In this document: piece by piece, positions 9,514-18,500 of the stretch
Position numbering within the stretch: position 1 is the stretch's first letter
How the letters are laid out: the number at the start of each line of letters is the position of its first letter
The notes under the pieces: model-generated
What the model was told of the DNA's origin: nothing
Databases searched by the model: none
What the model saw: only the letters and a program-made list of their open reading frames with translations
Virus record (IMG/VR): IMGVR_UViG_3300025838_000029
Coordinates: 62,001-89,399 of that record
Origin: an uncultured virus (IMG/VR IMGVR_UViG_3300025838_000029)
Lineage: Duplodnaviria > Heunggongvirae > Uroviricota > Caudoviricetes
Length of the DNA: 27,399 nt
Direction: 5' to 3' (one strand)
Translations under genes and position numbers: made by a program

Positions 9514-12500
9514 TGCCTGAAGATCGCGCAGATGCTCCCCTACCGGAATCAGTGGACATTTCGGAGGCTACTCCTGCACCTGTTATAAACTATGTTAATT
9601 ACACTCCCGCCCCGACTCAGGCGCCAATAAAATCATCATTGCCTCCTTTGACACCGCGTCCAACAGAAAAGCCAGCACAAGGTCTTCCGTTAGACGTTGT
9701 TAAGCAGAAAGTGGCAAAGTTAAAAGATGCCGGTTATTCGCAGGATGAGATTGCTGAATCTCTTATGAAGAATCCTTTTTTCGGCCCTCGTATATCTGAG
9801 GCGGCTGATAAAGGATGGGAATATCCAGAAATTTTTTCGAGATTTGGCCTCGATGGATATGATCCAACGGAAGGTGGTCCGTTAAAGACTCCATGGCGAT
9901 ATGTCAAAGCAGGCGTTGAATCTGCTGGGGAAATGATTGGAAACACTCTCCAGGGCGGAGCTATCGCTTCAGACCGAAGATCTTTATATGCTCCATATTA
10001 TGAGGACTACACCTCGTTTAAGAGCAAGTCTCCTGAAGAGCAGCAGCAGATTCTTAGTAAGATCGCTAATAGTGATATGGACTTGGAGGCCAGACAGAAT
10101 CTTACAAAAGAGTTCCGCAGGCTTCAAGAGGGGGCAAATCCTAGACAATTTGACATGCTGGCAAATCAGCCAGTTGAACAATTGCCTGGATACAAAGTTG
10201 GACAATGGTTCAAAGACACCACACAGGGACTGCTTAATCCTGAAGAGGAAAAGCTAACTGGCGTTAGGATTGCTAAAGCTGCTGCCCCTATCGTTCCTGC
10301 TATGGCTGCAACAGCACTTGCCGGTCCTGCTGGCCCAATGGCTCTGTTTGGCGGGTCTTCTTATCAAGAGGGTTATGAGAAGGCAAAAAAGGTTGGCGCC
10401 TCAGAAGAAGCTGCCCGTGACGCTGCTATGAAAGAAGCCGGTATTGGTGCTGCCGCTGGTGTTCTGGATGTTGGAGCCATATTAGGCCCAATAGCAAAAT
10501 ACTCTCCTGAACTCCTTAATAGGGCGCAAGCAATCCTTTATAAAGGTATTCAAAGCGGTGTCATTGGAAGTTCAGTCGGAGAAGCTCAAAAGTGGCTGAA
10601 TGCTCAGATTGAACGCACAACTTATGATCCAAATGCACAATATAAATTTGATCCGACAGAAGCTGCGATTGGATTTGCAGGGATGGCAATTCCAGGTGCA
10701 GTTCATGGGGCATTCCATGAGCAAGCCCCAAAAGAAACCGCTCCGACAGGAACAGATATTCCTCATCCATCATTGATTGCCCATGCTTATTGGAGGATTG
10801 ATGAGCTTGAGTCTATCTACAATGGAACAGAGGGAAACCCTCCAAGGGATCTAACTCCTGCTGAAGCTGCCGAATACGCATTTCTTCAGAAGAACAAAAA
10901 TAAGCCCGAAGAGCTTTCTAAAGTGATTCGTGGGACTGAGCCTTCTGAGCAACCGGAGCCGACTCAAGCGCCAACAGTTACGCCAGCCCCAACTGTTTCT
11001 AAATCTAATAAGCCTCCGAAAGCGACAAAGGCTCCTGTGCAGGCTGAGATACAAGCTCAACCTGAAGCGCAAGTTCAACCGGAAACACAGGATAAGGTTC
11101 AAGAGGCTGCTAACGCCCTTGTCGAAGAGGCAAAGCAGAATCCTACGGTTACAACACCTGAAAAAGATAGTGATATCTCCGCTCAAATTAAGGAGATGAT
11201 CAACCCAAACAACCCGAGAGATTCTGTCTACATTGCTCCAGGGAATGAGCATGAAATCCCTGTCAGTGCTTTAGATCATCCAGGTGTTGAGCTTGCTGAA
11301 AATCCCGTTAGTAAGGCTTTGTTGCTAACGACCAATATGGACAAAGCCATAGATTTTCAGAAGAACAGAGATCTCACAGAAGAAGAGAAAGCCAATTTGC
11401 TGGGTCTTTCTCAACCCAAAACTGAGGCGTTAAAAGATCCTAATGCTGTCGTCGTTCAAGGGAAGAATGAGGATGGCGCTATTGTTCATCAGGAGCTTAC
11501 CTCACAGGATAACCTGCCTAACTCTGTAGAGAACACAGCGAATAGGACTCCTGAAACTGGTCAAGTTGAAGTCGCCAGCACAACAGGAGCGCAAGCCCAT
11601 AGAGTTGGTGGTGATGATCAAGCTGTTCCTGTGGCAAAAGGAAAGGTTCCGACTCCCGATCCTGAGATACAGATTGCTGAGATCCGTAAGCAGATTGAAT
11701 CATTTGAAGAACATCGGGATCAAGCTCTTGAAGTTGGGGATACTCCTACGGCTCAGAATTGGCATAACCGTATAAGGGAGGCTAATGAACAAATAGCCGA
11801 GCTTCAAAGAGGTCAACCGTTAGAAAAAGAGCCAGCAGTTCAAGAGAGTGAACCCGCTTCTCCGCAGGCTCCGTCAACCGATATTCCTTGGGAAAATCAT
11901 TATCAACGAGCAGTTGATGTCGTTGGGAGCGAGAGTTTCCCGCTTAAAAGCAAACCACTTGCAGATAAGCTTGGGGTTGATGAGGCTATGGCAACAAGGC
12001 TTTTACAAGCCATGGCGTCCAGGGGAGCTATTAGGCAAACAAAGAATGGTGGGTTTTCACGAAATCCAGATAGAGGCCCGTTAGACTTTCTTACATTCTT
12101 GGCAGCAAAGGGAGGTCTTCGGGATGATGAAGGCCATCTTCTTGCTCAAAGTATGGACGCTCAGAGGATGGTTCCGAATTACGGACCTTTAATCCGTAAG
12201 AATGGAATGGGGATTGATCAGGCAGGGGAAGCTTTGTGGCAGGCCGGATATTTTGGCCCGACTGATTCTACGCCAAGGCCAACAGAGACAGAAGTATTAA
12301 ACAAGCTAAGTGAAGCCCTGAATGGGAGACTTCCTCTTGAAGAGCGGTATTCTGAATATGACCGAGATCGGGTGCAAAAGATTCAGGACACCAAGACCGC
12401 TAAAGATCGGGAGAAGCTTGAAAAAACAGCTAGGGCTGACATTGAGAAGCTTAATGAAGAAAAGACATATGGATTAACCCCAGAAGAAAAAGCTAGAGCG

Positions 12501-15500
12501 ATTGAGCTTTTGGTTGAGCATCCAGAGGATTTCTCTCCAGAGGAGGCTGTTGTTCACGTTCTCGATACGTCAATGATTGAGGATCTTCATGGGGCTATTG
12601 ACGTAGCAAGGGATGCACATGATGACGAGTTTTCCGATATACCGTTTGAGTGGCCAGCAGAGGTTGAACCTCCTCAACGAGGCGAAGAGGAGGGTAAAGG
12701 GACAGAAGTCTCTATCCCCACTTCAGAGGAGGAATCTGGCACGGTTGGCAAAGAACCTGGAGAAGGTGAACGCCAAGATCTCCGTGACAAAGAAATAGGT
12801 GATGTCATTGGTGCAGGGGAACGGACAGCCCCACCAATGGACAGAGAGCGTCAGCAGGCGGAAATAAGGGCGCGACAGGCAGGTAAGAAAAGAAGCGGAA
12901 AAGAACAAGAAGAACCGGGCGGGATGTTTGCCACGGAAGAAAAGGGGTTATTTTCCGAACCGAAGAAAACCGCTGATTATGGAACTCAGAATAAGGTCAT
13001 TACAGCAGACGCGGCGGAGAAAGCTAGAGAGCTTCTTCGCAAGAAATCAAATCAGATTAATGCTGGTATTGACCCTGAAACCATGTTGGCTGGTGTTACG
13101 CTTGCTGCCTATCACATAGAGGCAGGAACAAGAAAGTTCGTAGATTTTGCAAGGGCTATGGTTTCTGATGTCGGCGCATGGATTAAGCCGTACCTGAAGT
13201 CATGGTATAATGCGATCCGCGATTATCCGGGGTTGGAGGAAGCTGCCAAGGACATGACGCCGCATGAAGAAATGAATGCGGCCATGGATCAATTGGAAAG
13301 GGAAGGCTATGTATCAAGCGAATCCAGAGGTCTGGAACAAACTGGCGAGGGACCAAAAACTGAAAACGCCATGGGCAAAGAGGCTCTTCCCACTGAAGAG
13401 AGAGGAGCTTCACAAGGCGTTAGAGAAAGAAACGGAGAAGCTGAAGCAAGAGGGAATAACAAGCCCTCAAGTGAGGAGCAGCTTCCTTCAGATGGCGCCT
13501 CTTCTGTGGGAGAGAGAGGCAATAGCGAAAGAGACGCAGGAGAACCCGGCTTTGGGGCAGTGCCTGCCGAACGTGGAGGACGCCCAGGAGGCTACGATGT
13601 TAGCCAGCATGGACCGGCCATTGAGCATATCGAACCAGAAGAAGTTAATAAAACTGCTGGAGACTCCAAGACAGTAGCTCAGAGGTTTGCAGAGCAGAAG
13701 ATTGCAAACTCTCGTCCAGTTGTCTGGAACGATATTAATAACATCAGAGAGACATTACCCGCTCTATTCCCTGATCAACAAGATGATGTTCATAAGTCTG
13801 AAAAACGTCTGAGTGTTGCTCATGGGATTATGATTACCAACGGAACTGGCACCGGCAAGACATGGAGTGCTGGTGGTGTAATCGCTAGATTTGTCCGTCA
13901 GGGAAAAGAAGACATTCTTGTTGTTGCCCCCTCTCAGGACATCCTCACTGATTGGAAAGCTGCCCTTAAACATCTTGGTGTCGATGCCTCCGTTTTAGAA
14001 GGGACGCAGAAGTCTGGTAAGGGCGTAACACTTACTACCTATGCTAATCTTGGGGAAAATCGCCATATAGCGGATCGGAACTGGCATTTAGTTGTCGCAG
14101 ACGAAAGCGATAATCTTATGTCAGATCAAAAAGGGAATACCACAAAAGCTCTAAATAGCTTCAGGGCGATCACGAACCATCCCGACGCATTGTATATTAG
14201 AGCGGATATGGCTTTGAGGGATCTTAATGATCGTGTTGCAGATCTCTCAGAGCGTGTTCATAAAAATTATAACAACAAAGAACTGACCTCTCAGTGGATA
14301 AACGCCCAGAGAGAGCTTGAGCAAAAACGCAAAGAGTTGGTTGATGTATACAAAGATCAACCGCGATCAAAGGCTATATTCCTTTCGGCCACTCCATTTT
14401 CATATGACAAAACAACTGACTATGGAAATGGCTATCTGTTCGATTATCAAAAAGAAGGTAATAGAAGTGGGTATAACGTAGCTGAAGGTCGTAACCTTTT
14501 TATGGTTCAGAACTTTGGCTATCGGATGAGAAATGGGAAACTCACGGCTCCAGAAGCAAATGTTAATAGTGAGGTTCTTGAAAGAGATTTTCATGAACGC
14601 CTGAAGAAAGAAGGGGCTTTGATCGGGAGACGGTTGGAGGTTGATTCTGACTATGATCGTAAGTTCATATTAGTTAATGACGCTATTGGGAATAACATTG
14701 ACCGGCTTCTTGAGTTTTTGCGTGAATCTGATGACGGGAAATTCCGTCCGATCTATTCATTCGTTAATGATAGATTTGATTATCTTTCAAGGCAGAGGTT
14801 GCTTGAGGCAATCAAGGCCAATCACGCAATCCCTATTATTCGGGAACACCTTGCTCTTGGCAGAAAGGTTGTTGTCTTCCATGACTTCAATGAAGGTGGT
14901 GGATTCCATCCTTTTGATACGAGTGAAATTCCAAATAACCCTGTCTTTGTTACCGTCAATGGAAAGTCACATGAGTTCAATTTAAAAGACCTCGCAAACG
15001 AATTTCACGACAGGAACCCTGACGCAATAAAAATGGACTTCTCATCTATGAAAAGTCCGATTGAAACGATGACCAAGGCTTTTCCAGAAGCTCTTGTCTA
15101 CAATGGAACGGTAAGTTCCAAGAACAGGGCCACCATCAAGCAACTCTTTAATCAAGATGGTTCTGGCAGAGATGTCATTGTTATTCAATCGGCTGCTGGT
15201 AGAGCGGGAATAAGCCTGCACGACACAACGGGAGTCCATCAAAGGGTTTTAATTAATCTTGGTATGCCCACTCGGCCAACAACCTCAATTCAACAAGAGG
15301 GGCGCATTTATCGTACAGGGCAAAAGTCCGATGCAATGTTCCGGTATATGAATACTGGCACAGCATGGGAGCGGGAAGCATTTGCCAGTAGGATTGCTGA
15401 ACGGGCAAGCTCAGTTGAAAACCTTGGAATGGGGAACCAAGCACGTCAATTGAAGCAATCATTCATTGATGCCTTCAATGACACATCTGAGTACCCTCCT

Positions 15501-18500
15501 TCTCCTGAAGAGGGAAAAGGTGGGAAATCATTAGACCGTCAGACATTCAGTGATATGTCTGATTTTGAAAGAGCTAAAACTTATTACTTTGCAGAGCAGA
15601 AGAAGACGGGTCGCAGAGATCAGCGTGAGGGTGTTGACTATTTTCCAACACCAGAACCGTTGGCACAGAAGATGGTTGAATGGGCAAATGTTAAGCCCGG
15701 AGAGAAAATCCTTGAACCATCTGCTGGTCATGGCGCGATATCTCGTTATTTCCCAGAATCTACAGAACGCACTATCGTTGAGCCGTCTAAGGATCTTGCA
15801 ACCAGAGCCAGCCTAATGACTCCTGGCGCTAGAGTGGTGAACGATAAGTTTGAGAATCTGCATATCTCAAATAAGTACGATGGGATTGTTATGAATCCAC
15901 CTTTTGGCATTGGTGGAAAAATGGCAATTGAACATCTGGCTAAAGCTGCTTCCCATGTTCGGGAAGGAGGGAGGATCGTTGCCCTTCTCCCAGAAGGACC
16001 GGCAACCGATAAACGTCTTGCTGCATTTAGAGATAGTGATGCGGCAAAAGACCTTCATCTAGTTGGAACGGTATCCTTGCCGACTCATATGTTTGATCGG
16101 GCAGGAACAAACGTTAAGTCTCATGTTCTTATATTTGAAAAGCATACCGTTCCAAAACAGGCAAATCAGTATGGCTCTGATGTCGGAGATAAGATCCGAT
16201 CTGTTGTACACCATGCAGATCTGTCTAACTCTCCAAGCATTAACGATACGTTCAATCGACTTGAGCATTTGTCGATGCCTGATCGTATTGAGCCGGTGAC
16301 TAAAGAGGTTGAGGCTCCAGAAGTTCCATCAAATGGAAAGGTTGTCGTTAGTGGGCTGGCCCTGAGTTCAATAACCAATAAAGACGGGTCTATCATGGTC
16401 AGCCCGACCAAGCGTCTTGGCGCCAATGATTATGCTCGGTTTATGCGGGTTGGTGAGAGATATGGGGGGGTCGAAAATGATTATTATAGTGGATTATCAT
16501 TTAAATCTCCCGATGAGCGCAGTGCGTTTTTTAATGCTTTAGAGCGTGGTGAAACAGGGAATGAGCCTTCCGCTGAAGCTCAAAGGCAAATTGATAATGG
16601 TGGATTAGGCGTTACCTTTGATCGTAAGCAAGGGTTGCGTGAAGATGGTGCTGTTTATGAGAAACTTCATACTCAGACCAGAAAAAAGCTTTTTTATGCA
16701 AAGCCTGATAACAGAGTATCCCCTGAGACTTATCAAAAGCTAAAACAGATTGCTGGAGAAAATGGCGGAGGATTCTGGGACCGCTATGAGAAAGCATTCA
16801 GGTTTAATGACGAAGATAGCCGTCAAGCATTTATGAATAAAGTTACAGGGTCACTCCCCCTGAAGAGTGGAGACTTGCGGGTTGGCAAGAAAATGGACGC
16901 ATTATATGTCCATAAGTCTGCCATCGATACGCTTCCAAAGGATGCTCAAAATCGTATTGAAAGAGCAAAGCCTCCGTTTGATTGGGATGTTGCCAAGATA
17001 AAAAGAGACAAAGATGGCGCTCTTGAGAATGTCTCTCTTATTGAGGCAAAAGATTTTGATGAAGCTGATGAGCCGAGTGTCGGAAGATCCTTTGTCATAG
17101 ATAGAGACGGAGAGACTCGTATCATCCCAGCTTCTGGGAAAATTTATCATGGTAAATGGCAAATGGTTAAGTCCGACTATCAGGGCTTTGATGTTGATGC
17201 CAGCAAGGAAAGAACACGGCTTCTTGACAGCGTAACGTCAACTGAGGACAAGAGACGGTACGGTCAAAAAGATTACATGGATAATGTTGTCGCGCCTAAG
17301 CTGTCTAACAATGCAAAATTAGCAGATCGGTTCTTAACTGATCGGGACAAAGTTCCTGAGACAGTAACAACTCTCGACTACAACCCAAAAGATGGGATTG
17401 TTCAAAAAATTAGCTCGGCTAACACGGTGCGTCGTCAAGCTGCACAAGTTTTCGGCAATGATAAGTTTTATCCTAGATCCGAAACGCCGTCTTTTAATCT
17501 TGATCTTGGTGGCGGAAAATTCCCTGAAGGAACAGAACGACTTGCTGAAAAGGGAATAACCAATCTCATCCATGATAAATATAATCAGAGTGAGCAGCAT
17601 AACAGGGATGTTGTTGAGAAGGTAAAGGCTGAGAAGGGAACCGGAATCGTTTCTGCCACTAATGTTCTAAATGTCATCAAGGAACCAATGGCAAGGCTTG
17701 ACCTTATTCGCCAAGCTGCAAAAGGTTTGAAGGATGATGGGGTCGCTTATTTCCAAATCCATGAAGGTGATAAGAGTGGAGAAGGGAAAGAGACAAGTGA
17801 TGGGTGGCAAGCCAATAAGCTGACATCAACCTATCTTCCTATGGTCAGGCAGTATTTTGGCAAGGTTAAGCAGGTTGGCAGGCCAGATGCTCCTAAAGGC
17901 AATCTAATTATTGCCGCAGAGCCTAAGAGAATACCGGGACAAACTATTTGGGAAGGCACTGAGCCTTGGGATACCAAAGGCAATACCGTGCCTATGTTCT
18001 CGGGGGACGTGCGTAATGAGCATTACTTCCCTGAAGATGGTGAGGGCCTGATTGCTCATAATGAATCTTTAAGCCCAGGAGATGCTGAGTTAGTTCATAA
18101 CGATGCACGGGCATATGTTTTGGATCGAGGAAACGAAACCGGCCATGAGCATGGGATTGCTGTTCATTCTGATGGGCGAGTTGAACATTTTACGGAAGGA
18201 AAAGAGGATACTCTTTCTATAAAGAAAGTTGCTCCAGAGCTATATCGTGAGATGGAGCAAGCTGGTAACAACATTGACGTTCATCATAATCACCCAGAGG
18301 GAACGAGCGCCCCACTATCTGAAAGTGATTTGCAGCTATCGACTCTTGATGGTGTCAATCGTGTAATTGCCCATGCTGGAGACGGTGTATTTTCCGTTGC
18401 AAAATGTTCGGACGCCTTAAACCAATTCGGCAATGCTGGAGATCGGCAAAAGCTTATCCGAAATTCATACAGAGATGCTCTTCGGGCCATACAAGAAAGG

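Noticed and set aside
9937..12084. +1-frame ORFs inside the giant gene at 9937, 10930, 11566 and 11848 (likewise 12928, 14677, 15550, 16063 and 19138)
   Set aside because: L/R/S/I-rich composition typical of shadows of GNN-rich codons, no convincing SD-ATG, and several overlie conserved catalytic domains of the main frame.
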